Assembly: GCA_951406725.2 (NCBI GenBank) | Contig: OX597831.1 | Location: 58,900,001-58,964,000 of the forward strand | Length of the DNA stretch: 64,000 nucleotides | Source: Octopus vulgaris | Taxonomy: Eukaryota | Direction of reading: 5' to 3' | In this document: in pieces, positions 1-12,235 of the stretch | Position numbering within the stretch: the stretch's first letter is position 1 | How the letters are laid out: each line of letters begins with the position of its first letter | The notes under the pieces: generated by a model | The model's input: only the letters and a program-made list of their open reading frames with translations | What the model was told of the DNA's origin: nothing | The model's database searches: none | Translations under genes and position numbers: made by a program

Positions 1-790
1 AGAAATAATTTCCCACCTCAGTACTAATTGTTTGCATAAGTTTCCAATTGTCAACTTGGACAGTTTCATTATTTGGTACAATTATGGCTCTTTCACAAAA
101 TCAATCAGGATCTTGGAAATTACGTCAAAGTAATTACGTAAACGTCGGTAACCAAAACTTCTACAGTCGAGACGATAATCCCACAGTCATTTACAAAAGT
201 GATGTCTCTATTAATACCTTGCTGAATTCTTCCATTCCCCAGATCCAATAGCTCAGCTGCAAATCTGCAAGCATATAAATCTCCAAATCCAATCCGGCTG
301 GAAGTCGAATCCGTCCCAAAGTCTGATCTGGCCGGAAGTCTAATTTGGGCTGAAAGTCCAATTGGGGCCGAAAGTTCGAGTTCTTCAATATTTCCTTCGG
401 AGCGCTTCAATTCACTAACTCTGAGAGATTTTGAAAGTTCTCCCTCTAGCTTGGATCTAGCTTTAAATGAACTGAATTGAAAATATTTTTGAAATTCACA
501 AATTATTTAAGTTCACACATTTTAAAATTTCAGTGTAAATGGAAAACTTTTCTGTTCACAAATGTTTAGAGTTCTTTAAAAATTTGAATTCTCAACTGTT
601 AGCATATAACAAATCTTCATCCAGTCTTCATCCCAGTGTTGGGTGTTGAGGAACCAAATGAAAGGCAGACTTTCAATTCGCAGGTCATCCTGACTCCAAA
701 AAGTTATAATATGCGTATGTAGAGCAATATCGACTGCGATACAGGTCTCTGGGCGGATGGACAGACAGAATTTCGCTTTAATAAATACAT
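1..790 (-). mobile_element. Helitron remnant: degenerate Pif1-like helicase fragment (1-~275) plus probable 5' terminal region (~700-790)
   Basis: The minus strand reads FAAELLDLGNGRI...CGIIVSTVEVLVTDVY, then after a frameshift NFQDPD*FCERAIIVPNNETVQVDNWKLM. This matches the Helitron helicase segment FAxxLLxIGNG...WLxERAILAPxN. Minus-strand sequence near 790 (atgtatttattaaagcgaaattctgtctgtcc) resembles animal Helitron 5' ends (recalled). Confidence 0.7.
297..380. repeat. Degenerate ~17-18 bp minisatellite (about 5 units) inside the Helitron remnant
   Basis: Units: ggctggaagtcgaatcc / gtcccaaagtctgatct / ggccggaagtctaattt / gggctgaaagtccaatt / ggggccgaaagttcgag. Confidence 0.6.
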
Positions 791-898
791 GTGTATAATT
801 TATATAAATATATAACTACACATTCATATTCTCACAGGCTTATATATGTATAGCACTGTCAACCTACTGATGTTGGTAAGTAAGAATGGATTAAATTA

Positions 899-979
899 CT
901 ATATATATGTGCATGTGTGTATATGTGTGTATGTGTGCGTATGTGTGTATATATATGTATATACATATATACACATGCC

Positions 980-1045
<66 letters not shown>
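899..1045. repeat. (TA)n/(TG)n microsatellite
   Basis: Direct reading. Confidence 0.95.
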
Positions 1046-1798
1046 AGCATGTCTGTATTTATGCACGTATATGTTAAATAAATTTGTAGTTTAGTAGTTT
1101 AGTTGTTTGGTTTTCGACGAATTGAATGCATATTTCAAATTAACTCCATAAATATATTATAATTTTAAATTGTCTTACACACCATCCAAACATTTTGAAC
1201 TTAATTCTGAGCTGCAAGGAAGATTTTTCTTGAAATATATGTCGTATTTTCGATCATAAGCGTATTGTACTGTATGTCTTATTGGGTGCAAAGTTTGTAT
1301 GCTTTGCACGTAGTGTATTTATTAAAGCAAGCTCTTACAGTTTATTTTTCTTTAGCTTAGTTCGAGAATCGTTGGCATCGGTTGCATGTGTTGAATTCTA
1401 GAAAATTATACAGTAATCGAACCAGGAGAGAATGGAGAAAGCTACTGATAGTTTTGACGGTAAATAATATATTTCTTTTATCTCTTGTGAATAAATATAA
1501 AATAGGCCTGTAATATCCAGCATAGCCTATGACATTCCTGTCTTACGTAATCATTTTTGTTTGTTACAAATGTGAGAAACTAACACGAAAATATATTGCT
1601 GGTGGTGAGAGAATATTCTTCTTAGTAAATAAAGAGAACAAAATTTCATACGCGTTAGGTAAATTTTATTGATGACAGTTTCCATAAACATAAAGCTAGC
1701 TGATGTAACGTAAAGAACGGTTCGATGCAGGATCAATTTCGTTGCTCAACTGTCGACTCCTTTCGATATGAAGCCTAGTGAATCGCATTATATTCATT

Positions 1799-1829
<31 letters not shown>

Positions 1830-2196
1830 GCTGCTGCTACTACCACCACTAATAGCATTTTCAGCGCAACATATTTACCAGGCGGAGTGTGTATCTTCTT
1901 AGTTGGACTCTAAAAGGACAAGGGATGCGTACATAGATTGCCAATGAACTGAAGCAGTAACAAATATTTATGTTTTCTTCCATATTGTAATTATCATTTT
2001 ATTCCCATGTATCTCGAAATTTGCCACTGTTTTCTATGTAGGGCAGCCAACTGTAGATTAATGCCCTATAAATAATTGGCTTATACAGATATCATTTACA
2101 GTTCACAAGTACTAGAATATGTAAGGGACGACATTCCGCCAAATACCATTCATTTCTTAGGCAATATCCCTAAAAATACATATCTTAATAGATACT

Positions 2197-2334
2197 GGTA
2201 CTTGTACTTTTGGTGACATTCACCCTGGGCGGGTTGAGTCGGCTTTTCCTACCACCCTCGAGGCATCTCGAACCATGGCAGCCCACGCACGACGGTCCTG
2301 CGCCAGTTCACTGGAGATAGCGAGCCAGTTACGG
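2197..2334 (-). mobile_element. 5'-truncated RTE-clade LINE 3' end with 16-bp target-site duplication
   Basis: The minus strand encodes RNWLAISSELAQDRRAWAAMVRDASRVVGKADSTRPG* (RTE C-terminal AQDRxxW motif) and has a short aagtac-repeat tail. It is flanked by tatcttaatagatact (2181-2196) and tatcttaatagttact (2335-2350). Confidence 0.8.
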
Positions 2335-3284
2335 TATCTTAATAGTTACTTAAACAATGATTAATTTTCAGATTTTCTTGAAGCATTACATCTCAGGTAC
2401 TCGATGATTTTTCGGCGATAGAATAACCTGCAGGCTTTCTAAGTATGATCATCTTAACGTGAAAATTTTTCCAGTTGTATTGTTAACACATTATATGATG
2501 TATCATTTGAAAAGAGAGTAAAACATAGTTTGAGATAGGATTTTGTTATTTCTAGAAAGTAAGTGGGCTTGTAGACTCAGTTTAAATACTTTTATTCGGC
2601 AATATAACTAAATATCTGTAAATTATATTTCGTGTATGTAGGAATTATAAATCCAACTTATTCCACGATTCATTTAAATATATTCACCTTGTACAATGAA
2701 GAGGTAGTTTATATTAACGACTCTGTAGGTAATACAAATCATCGAGATTTTGAATTATAACATGTTTGTCCAGCTGCGATTCCATACATGATTCATATCA
2801 TATAATCTCGTTGATGAAATATCTCTCATGAAATTTTATATTGCATTAACACGTTAGAAAGTTACGAAATACAATTCTAAAACACTTGCTCTTGCAATAT
2901 CACATTTAGCTTAATATTTAATAATTAAATACTCCTACAAGTAATACGCATTAGAAATGATTTATGATTTGTATTTAGCGAATTTGAAATTACTCAGCAG
3001 ATGTTTATTAAGGCTGCTATTGTGTTGTCTGTGAGAACTAAAAACGCAATATGCGATAGCGGTAAAAACAAATGCTATGAAGAGTAGCGATGTACTAAAG
3101 ATAATGTAGACATAATTAATGATATCAATTGTTTTTAGCATAACCACAAAGTTAGAAATTATGGTGGAAAAGATCAGTCGATTATATCGACATCGGTTCT
3201 TGGCTTTATTGATTTTAAGGGGATGAAATTCATCTTTGAAAAACTAATTTCTGATGACTGAAAACAGTCTTCAGAAATTGGTGG

Positions 3285-3948
3285 TCTGGGGAAAACAGCG
3301 ATCGAGACAGTTGCCATATTTCACACATCTTACAAGTACGCTGCCATTAACAAAACACAAGTATATGAGTGGTTTCCACGCTTTAGGAATAGTCGCATGT
3401 CTCTTGAGGATCAATCTCGTCCAGCGCGACTGTCAAACACCCGAACTATTCAAAATAGGACGAAAATTCATGAACTGATCTTAGGGAATGATCACCAAAC
3501 AATTGACCAACTTGTTGATATGACTGATGTGTTCTGGATCTCTTGCCAATGAATTTGGAGCGAGGAATTGCGAATGAAAAGGATTTCAACAAAATTTGTG
3601 ACTCCCTTGCTCACGGAAGATCAAAAGTAGTTACGAGTCAATGCGTGTCATGAAGTGAAAGAACAGTTGGAAGTTGATTCGGGCTTTCTTACGAAGGTCA
3701 TCATATGTGAAGAAAGCTAGCGCTACAGAATTTGCAGATGTGGAGGAGGTTCAGAAATAAAAAAGAAATGCATTAAACAGCATCACTTTGCAAGTGTTCC
3801 ATCTCTGCCTCGAATATTGGAAAACACGCCGGACGAATGCATTGCTTCAAATGGAGAATAGTCGAAGGCGATAAAATTGTAAACATGTGAAACTAAGTGA
3901 ATAGAATAACATTGCAAAATTCCGGTTTCTTTACGGTACCCACTCGTA
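3285..3948 (+). mobile_element. mariner transposon remnant, internally deleted, with right terminus
   Basis: Translates LGKTAIETV...TQVYEWFPRFRNSRMSLEDQSRPAR...MKRISTKFVTPLLTEDQK*LRV...FLTKVIICEES*RY, then jumps to FADVEEVQK...WKTR...CIASNGE. It ends in ...ggtacccactcgta, a mariner-type terminus with TA. There are multiple stops. Confidence 0.9.
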
Positions 3949-4089
3949 ACAACAAATGACTAACGTTATGCACGGGGTGTTGGGGATCTCCCACCCAGTA
4001 AACAGCTATTTTGCAATGATAGGCAGTGAATACAAGTAAGCTATTGCTCTACGTAAAAAAAAAGCGACAATTTGGGAAAAAATAGCATG

Positions 4090-4582
4090 GATACCCAAAA
4101 GGAGGTCGTATATTGTGAATGTTCTGCCACAGATACCACAGATACGCTTGTCACTTGTTTGGCTTTAACCATTTGAGAATGCCCCGTAGTGGCTGACGAT
4201 ATGCATATTTCTAATTACGAGCAGGAGCAATGCGGGAGTACCATAGTCTTGTGCTGGGTAGGATTACTTGAAGTCTGAATAATTCACTGTGGAAACCTAA
4301 GTGATTCATGCATCAGCCTTAGACAGCCCTTTTCCCGTTCAGTTGCTCTTTGTACCAGATGGGCTGCTCATCCTGCAAAAATCTCTGAGTCCAATCTGCA
4401 AGATCATTCACTGTTTATCTTGATATGTGTCAGCAAGTCACGCACATATGGATGTGAACCATGTGTCTGGTGTATATTTATCGGACGGATAATGCTGACG
4501 AGTATATTGGGATTCGTATATCTGTACCGCAGTGTCACTGTGATGGCATGCGCTGCTTTCTCACCCAGTAAGAGTAATAATC
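4090..4582 (+). mobile_element. Interspersed repeat of unclear class, ending in an (AAT)n-like tail
   Basis: Its 3' end (gtatattgggattcgtatatctgtaccgcagtgtcactgtgatggcatgcgctgctttctcacccagtaa) aligns to the reverse complement of 52526-52592 and 61289-61355. No ORF recognised. The left boundary is approximate. Confidence 0.55.
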
Positions 4583-4899
4583 ATGAAACAAAAGAAAAAT
4601 AATTTTAAATGATTAAGACAGATTGAAATAAGGTGTTCAAATATAAAAAAAGATATCAATAATCTATGGGAGGTGTTGTTTTAGAAACCGTGTATGAAAA
4701 AAATGTTTATAGCCATAAGAGAATTATATGCACTTGGTGACACGAACATCTCGAGAATAAATAGAAAATAGACAAGAAATATACTAATTTGACCTTGTTC
4801 TATGCTGCGCGTATTCACTGAAAGACTGTAGAGCAATTTAGAAAAAAAACTATTGTGTGGAAAGAAAGCAAATGTAAACACATATATACTTGTATTTAC

Positions 4900-4930
<31 letters not shown>

Positions 4931-5036
4931 AACACACACATGTATGAGTAAGTGCATACGTGCATATATGTGTGTCTATCTATCTATCAATATATACATA
5001 TACACAACGCATGCACACACACACACACACACAGAC

Positions 5037-5070
<34 letters not shown>

Positions 5071-5602
5071 CTTTATGGACGTATGTGTATGTGTGTTTTA
5101 CTGACGTCAGGCACGCGTATAGGCATCTATGATCAAAATCGATATCTAGAAAAGAAAAGTATGTGAAAAAATATATTGAAATAAAGCAATGTAAAGCAGA
5201 ATACAAAATAGTGTATCTAAATCAACCTGTTTATTGTCAAGAAAATGCATTATGTATACATACTTGCAACCTGTTTATATTGGCATCAAATAAAAAAACC
5301 GTAGCTGCACCTCATATACTAAAAGTATGAGAAATGTCTCGATAGAATTTTTAAAAGCCAACAAGCAAACAAAATTCTGTCTTGACATTTTCTGTTTTTT
5401 GCTTTTATTACCCATTGAATTGAACCTCGACACTAAGTGACTTGATTGATATATCGTTGTTAGTGAAAATATTTGTCGAGATAATGGAACTGTCAGTGTG
5501 ACAGTAGCACGTGCTGTTGTTGATGATTTTTGTGATAAAGATATGTTGACAATCTCACCGTTCGTAACGTCACCGGTTAGTGATATGTATATTTTGTGTA
5601 TT

Positions 5603-6005
5603 AAGGCGGTGAGCTGGCAGAAACGTTAGCATGCCGGGCGAAATGCGTAGCCGTATTTCGTCTACCGTTACGTTCTGGGTTCAAATTCCGCCGAGGTCGA
5701 CTTTGCCTTTCATCCTTTCGGGGTCGATAAATTAAGTACCAGTTACGCACTGGGGACCATATAATCGACTTCATCCGTTTTTTTGTTTGTCCCCTCTGTG
5801 TTTAGCCCCTTGTGGGTAGTAAAGAAATAGATATTTCGTCTGCCGCTACGCTCTGAGTTCAAATTCCGCCGAGGTCAACTTTGCCTTTCATCCTTTCGGG
5901 GTCGATTAAATAAGTACCAGTTACGCACTGGGGTAGATATAATCGACTAAATCCGTTTGTATGTCCTTGTTTGTCCTCACTGTGTTTAGCCCCTTGTGGG
6001 TAGTA
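5603..6005 (+). mobile_element. tRNA-derived SINE (family A, Meta/MESC-like core), full copy followed by a head-less second copy
   Basis: A-box-like gagctggcagaaacgttag, B-box ggttcaaattcc, core gactttgcctttcatcctttcggggtcgataaattaagtacc. The second unit is 5831-6005. The same family recurs at 42.2, 49.7, 50.2 and 63.4 kb. The core assignment is from recall. Confidence 0.9.
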
Positions 6006-6869
6006 AATATGTATATTTTGTATATGTGGACAAGGTTTGTTCTTATTGTTATTGAAATTAGTTCGTAATATATTTGTTTCAGTTACTTTACTAAACTGCA
6101 GTAATGATAAGGTCGTAGTTCCGAAGCTTTACGCCGATATATCAGCTATATTACATTACTGTTGCCGTTATATTATCGCATTCCAATGATCGAGCCAGTT
6201 AATTACTGTTTGACTACAAACGTACGAAACGAACATATATTCACATGCCCAACGAAACACACGCACATACACATACGGATGTATATATGGGATAATTATT
6301 GTCACCGTAATTAGACCATTAAAGTTATGCATTAGTAGTAAGGCGTTTGTTGTCGTTTTTGAGTAGTCAATATTCTGCAAGTGCTTATTTTAGCATTCTG
6401 CTCTCTAATGTATACATCTCCTGTGTGTTGTCATCAATTTTTTGCAGGAAATTCGGAGAGTAGACTATGATGTCAATGTAAGTTTCCATGTACAATTTGT
6501 ATCATACAGCGTCAAGAAATCTGAATAGAAGTGGGTCTTCAGAGGAGAGCATCCCCCAGACACGTGTTTTAACCATTATCATCTCATACTGTCAGTGGAT
6601 CGAGCCGCATCTAGGTCATGATTTGGGATATTTTAGCCACCTCGGTATCAGACACTTGGGTATTTTAGCCACTTCGATATCGAAAACTTGTGAATTTAAA
6701 CCATTTGTAGGATTCATCTAATTGCATTTGCTCTCCGTTGACTCAACTTCCAAACTTATACTTAAAGTAGTATAACTTTGGTTATCATAATAGTGGTAAA
6801 ACGTGAAGACTATCACAAAGACTCACTCAAAGTTACTTCCATTAGCATTTTAAAAATATATATTGTCTT

Positions 6870-7530
6870 TAAACGGTTTGGAGTTCGTTCTTGTTTCTCC
6901 TCAACAAGATTCAGGCGGAGCACATCTCCATTGTCTCTGATATTACATTTAGTGCTTTGGTCCTGATCTTCTCAGAAAGTGAGAGTTGACTCAATCGTAA
7001 GCCGATTTGCCCAAGAATATTCTGACTTCAATCTCTCTGGCAAGAAACTTGACTCACATGTTAGCTTCCTTCAGGTTTATGGCCAGACTGGCGTATATTT
7101 CAGTCTTGAAAATCCGTGCTTCCATTCTACTTTCAAAGGGCTCGTTGAGTTCCATCGAAACCATTTGCTCTGATGAAATGGAATGGAAAACGATATACAG
7201 CGTCAGGCTACTCTTCCAGGATGATTTCTGATTGTTTTGGTGATACTGGGAGGCCTGATGAGCACTCCCAGTCATCTGCACCATTAGAAGACTCCAATGC
7301 CACTGGCCCTGTTAGCTCTGCTGTTTGCTCTTATGGCATCCTCTTCCTTTCCAACTACTGTAAAATTAAAACTCTCATCTTTCCACTGATCTCTGACCGC
7401 CATACAATTATTATTACGACCAGCCCCTACTTATTGGCTTCAATGCGTCCCAATATTTCTCTGATTATAAAAACTTCCTTCACCGCATCTACGTTTACCT
7501 GGACTTGACAATTCCAGCTTGTCTTCAGCT
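6870..7530 (-). mobile_element. Degenerate restriction-like-endonuclease LINE 3' region, Hero-clade-like
   Basis: Frameshifted minus-strand peptides GADDWECSSGLP...PD, IVFHSISSEQMVSMELNEPFESRMEARIFKTEIYASLA and RTKALNVISETMEMCSA*ILLRRN match the Hero/R2-type pattern DW..DL...RPDIV...ELTVPxE...KY...WIWxRR. Confidence 0.65.
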
Positions 7531-10239
7531 TGGAGGAGGCTGAGTGAAAGAAGGCAGAAACGAAATTGCCCCACTTAGTTGTAAAAAAATAATACTGCTG
7601 AGGACGATAATGAATCCATAGACATTAACGAAGAGGACAGTACTCGTACAACTGCTGACGGGTTGTATAATGACGAGTTGATTAATGATACTACTACAGA
7701 GAACGAAGGGGGTGACTATGATACAAATGACATAAAGTCGATATTTGGCGACTATTTCATAGTGCAATATGAATGAAAGCGAAAAGATGTTTACTATACC
7801 GTTATAGTTATGAATATATTCCCTGCTCATGACATATATATTTTGTTTTTAGAGATTCAATGGCAAAGATTTGTTTCTATTTGATATAAAGCAATATTGT
7901 TGAAATTGAAATTGAACGCATCCTGGCTAAACTTCGATTCGGCAGAGGTAAGGCAAAACCGAGAAATATATTCTTATTTCTTCAATTACGATAAAAGTTT
8001 TTAACTAATCTCAGAGAAACATAGATGTATATTAGTGTCGACGCAAGAATAAGAAATAAAAGGAAACATCCACGTCATTGGTGTTTTTGCCCAACTACAG
8101 ACAGTATAGCCACGAATGTCTACAAAGAAAAGCTAAATAATTATTTTCAATAAGTCCCTGAACAAAATATTCTACTCTGTATAGCCTAATACCAAAAATC
8201 TGTCTTTCAAAAATCACAGACATAAATCTGTGAATATTGGGGCATTTTATAAAATGGGACTTATTTTCAAATAGCTTAGAAAACGATTTTTTATAATAGT
8301 AACTGCATTTTACAGTATTGACTTGTTGGTTTAACATGGAGAATAAACAGTGTAAGGGATAAGCCAGTAGTTTAACTATCACTGCTACAAGTGTTTTCTG
8401 CGGGGTGCTGTGTAACTGAACTCGGTCTGAGCATCCGAAGCGGGGTACATGTTCAAAAAGAAGTCAATCGATTCGAAATATACCTTTAAAAACAGGATAC
8501 ATTGTGATGACCAAGTTAAAGTAATTAAGAAATATATTTTACATATGTGGGAAAGCAAAATCTAAACGACACTTAACAAAATAATGCATAAACACTTTCT
8601 TATGCACTTATGTAACCACGTTTAGTGTTCGAAATGTGTACATAAACAGTACAGGTTATACAATCCACAAGTTAATAGGTAATCAAAACTTGATATAAAT
8701 ATAAATATTTTCTTCAGTTGACACCTTGTGTTGTTACTTCAAATTCTATGTATTCTCGATCAATCAAACCACTCTGGTGGCCTATAAAGAGAAATGCAAC
8801 TTTATCTATGTTAGAGCGAATGCAGTAGTATTTCTTTGTGAGCGACAGTAAGTCTCAATCGAGGAATGATGTTTCTCTTTAGAGGAGATTCACTTGAGCT
8901 CAATGTTTGACATTCGCTGTAAAATTACGGCCCGTTTCCGTGTGGGTATTAATACACCTTTTGCCTCAATGGACACTTGACAACGTTTCTTTCTGAAGAA
9001 GGAGGCTGACATAGCAACATAAATCAGCATTAAATTTCAGCTTGAATGTCCCTATCAAATATAATATTATCCCTCGAGGTATCAAGGTTTAGACAGTGTG
9101 TAATTTCAAATCAAATTATTCCGAAAATTGTTGAATGACTTGGGAATAATATTTCTTTGCTTCATGAAACGATGAGAAGATATCTATTCTCCTGCTTAAC
9201 ATATGGGTTCATTCGTACATAACTGACAATAGTTAATGCGGTTTATATAATCAAATATACTACTAATAAATGTTCCTATTTATTGGGAGTGTAAATTTTT
9301 CGGTAGTCTTTCTACTTCAGGAGAAGACATATAATAATCGATGACTATGGAGACAGCAATATTGGAATGTAGGAAGAAATGAATACATTTATATACATAT
9401 ATAAGTACATCTAAATGTAGTTATACAAAGTCGGGAGTTTTGGCCTTTTCTAAGCGAAGGACATTTTCACAATTATCTAAGCGCTAGTATTTATAGCGTT
9501 CCCAGAAGTTAGACATATATGTATATCTCTTCATATGTAAAGGTAAGTTCCAATGATCAATGTGTAGGAAGTTAGTAAGTTTCGAGCGGTCAGTAGAAGG
9601 TATAAAAATAAATTCAGGAATAATAGTGGTTTATTGATGTAGAAGGTTGTAAATTTTCCCATATCGAAGTTCGAAAACTGAAAGAAACTTACTTTACTGC
9701 TTACGGTTAGCAGCTGGGTTATGCGAATACAAATTGAAAATTAGGAAATGGAGTAGATGAAATCCAGACTACATATGTTTCAACGACTCAGAGAAGAAAT
9801 ACGAAAACTTATTTGTGAAGATATGATATTTGTGAGTAGGTAAATGTTTAATCATTTTAAAGAAAAGAACAAGAACACGGAAGAGAAAGGGATAGGGGAA
9901 CGGGTAGGTGTTACTGCATGAATGAGTAGGTAACCTTGTTGGTGGTGTTACTGGTGCCCTAGCGACGGCTGGAGGCGGCGGCGCTGTTGCCGTTGCTGGT
10001 CGTGATTGGATTGGTCTCTGCTGCTACTGTTGTTGCTGCTGTTGATGTTGCTGTTGAGCGAACGGGCTTCGTCCCAGAACTCTCAAGATGGGAGAAGTCC
10101 GAAACATGGTCCTTTGCTATTTGTAAGACCCGCAGAAGAGAAAGAAGGTCAACCTCTGACACCGAGAGCATCGACGGATGGATGAATACGCATCCAGGCT
10201 CAGCGATTGCGTAGGAAGTTGGGGACAAGAAACAGAAAG

Positions 10240-10414
10240 AAACAGTGAGAGTGGAGCGAAAGAATACATCAGGGGGCGCGACCACCCCCTGCCGGGACCT
10301 CGTGGAGCTTTAGGTGTTTTCGCTCAATAAACACACACAACGCCTGGTCTGGAAATTGAAATCGCGATCCTCCGACTGCGAGTCCGCTGCCCTTACCATG
10401 GGGCCATTGCGCCT
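10240..10414 (-). mobile_element. tRNA-derived CORE-type SINE (family B), head plus core, tail truncated
   Basis: The reverse complement begins aggcgcaatggccccatggtaagggcagcggactcgcagtcgg and is homologous to 34870-35172 and 15165-15466. Confidence 0.85.
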
Positions 10415-10870
10415 ACTTTTCTGCTGCTGTCCTGGACGTACCCTCGTTTTTGTTGTCGGCTGTAGGGTCCGACGCATCTCCTTGTATTTGAGGCAGTCAA
10501 CCTTGAGGTGTTCATCGTTTCCACAAAATAGCATCTCGGCCTCCTGTCTTTCACATCCATGGGCAGTCTCGTGCCGTGCGCTAAATGTAGTGAGTCACGT
10601 ATTGAATTTATGGCCTCTTGCTCAGTTGAAGAATGCACTTCCAACGTGCCGAATCGCTTTTCTCTTGTCAAGTAAGTTTTATTAACTCAAATTGGTTTGA
10701 GTACCATTTTCAACTGTTGTTGGGTGGCTCGTTCTACCCTTTTCTTCTTCATATTTAAAACTTTGTATATTACCGATTTTCTATTGGTTTTCTTAATTAA
10801 TGCCTGTGTTAAGGAAGACATTGTTTCCTTCAATCCTTAACAACCCCTCTGCATTCTTTGTTCCATTTGT
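10415..10870 (-). mobile_element. LINE ORF1 (gag-like) remnant with CCHC zinc knuckle
   Basis: Minus strand ...YLTREKRFGTLEVHSSTEQEA...GTRLPMDVKDRRPRCYF / CGNDEHLKVDCLKY gives C-X2-C-X4-H-X4-C across a frameshift. Confidence 0.65.
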
Positions 10871-10894
10871 TGCTAAATTTAAAATTTCTTTCTT

Positions 10895-12235
10895 TTGCTC
10901 CTGTTAGCGCTTCATTTTATTGAAGTGTTTCGCCAATTAGGTCTATATGCCTGTGACTCGACACTATGACGTTGACGTCATCAGCGTAAGCAGACACACT
11001 TCTCCCACATCCTGGATCATGCAGGACACCCCTTAAAGCCTCCAAATTAATGTCTCAAGTGTGAGTACATACAGGAGGGAAGAGAGGGGGCACTCTTGAT
11101 GGACCAAATGCAAAATGTTGCATAACTTCGAAAGGTGACCATTCATCCGTACAACCGAGCAGATGCCACTTTACAAGACAGTGATCCAACCGCGGAAAAC
11201 TATACCGAAACCAACCGACTGCCTCTTAGACAGCTGCCAAGTATTGATTGTCGACCATATCAAAGGCTTTAGACTGATCTAAGGTAATCAGAGCCCCGAC
11301 CATGCCAGCTTCGTTATCCACTCTCTCTATGATGTAGCGCATAAAATGGAAATTGTCTTGAATAGTCCTAGGTGGGATGGCGCATGTTTGCGCCTCACCA
11401 ACCAGCTTGTCCACAACAGGCGCCAACCTCTTGGCTAACACCTTGGCCAAAGTCTTCAACTCAGCATGGAGCAGAGTGATGGGCCTGAAATTTTCTATAG
11501 TGTACCACTTGTTTAGATCCTTTCTCAGCAGTACCCTCACCTCTCGCCAGACAAAAGTGGAAAATCTCCCATTCTGCTGACTGTTGCAGTAGACGTCTGC
11601 TAAGAGGCCAGCAAATAAGTCTGGCATCTAAGTATAAAGCTCGTAGGGCAGACAATCCAAACCTGGCGATCTACCTTTCTTGCAACTCTTCATTACTTCC
11701 AGTATCTCTGTAGCTGTTATCGGCATTTCGCAGAGTCATGGCAGGCCGTCCAGCTGTAGAACAAAGTCTGTCCTGTAATCCGTCCTACTATTCATCACGA
11801 AGTCGAGCGAAGTGCTGCTGAAAAGACGCACACATCTATTTCGGGTCGAATACACCGCATCCGCTCTGTCAAGCGGGCCCATCAGGACTCTTTCATTTCC
11901 TCCCTGCTTTGTGAACATGTCTTAGTTCTAATAACGCAGCCTTCGTGTTTGGCGTCCAAAAAATAGTGGAGGACCAACCACGCCGCGTACAGGTCGGTTG
12001 CGATGCCTGTCCTAAGCGCCTCATCTAACTTTGTAACTAAATTTCCCTGTTTTTTTTTTTTGTTCTATCGCTGATGTTTTGCTAAACCTAATTTTTGCTA
12101 CTCTAATTGCCCCTTAAAGAGCAAGCCACCAGGTATTGTTGACGATTGCCTCTATCAACGGCCGCTTCACTAAATCGCTAATCTGTTTACTGTAATCTTG
12201 ACACGCCGGTAGGTGTTTTGGAGAGAGAAACACCC
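10895..12235 (-). mobile_element. Tx1/L1-clade LINE reverse transcriptase pseudogene fragment
   Basis: KKGRSPGLDCLPYELY; ENFRPITLLHAELKTLAKVLAKRL...QTCAIPPRTIQDN...LITLDQSKAFDMVD; HQECPLFPLLYVLTLE; SAYADDVNVIVS; EALTGAK. Stops and frameshifts present. Confidence 0.9.

Noticed and set aside
297-380. Short periodic repeats as a possible CRISPR array
   Set aside because: There are no unique spacers, the units are degenerate, the context is eukaryotic and there are no cas genes.
5603-5700. tRNA-like sequences with A and B boxes (also 15400-15466, 35100-35172 and 36280-36353)
   Set aside because: They are SINE heads attached to repeat bodies; no complete cloverleaf was seen.
7170-7195. Other CTGANGA...GAAA matches (7170, 3251, 26963, 27735-27752 minus, 36959)
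   Set aside because: There is no credible stem I, II or III pairing.
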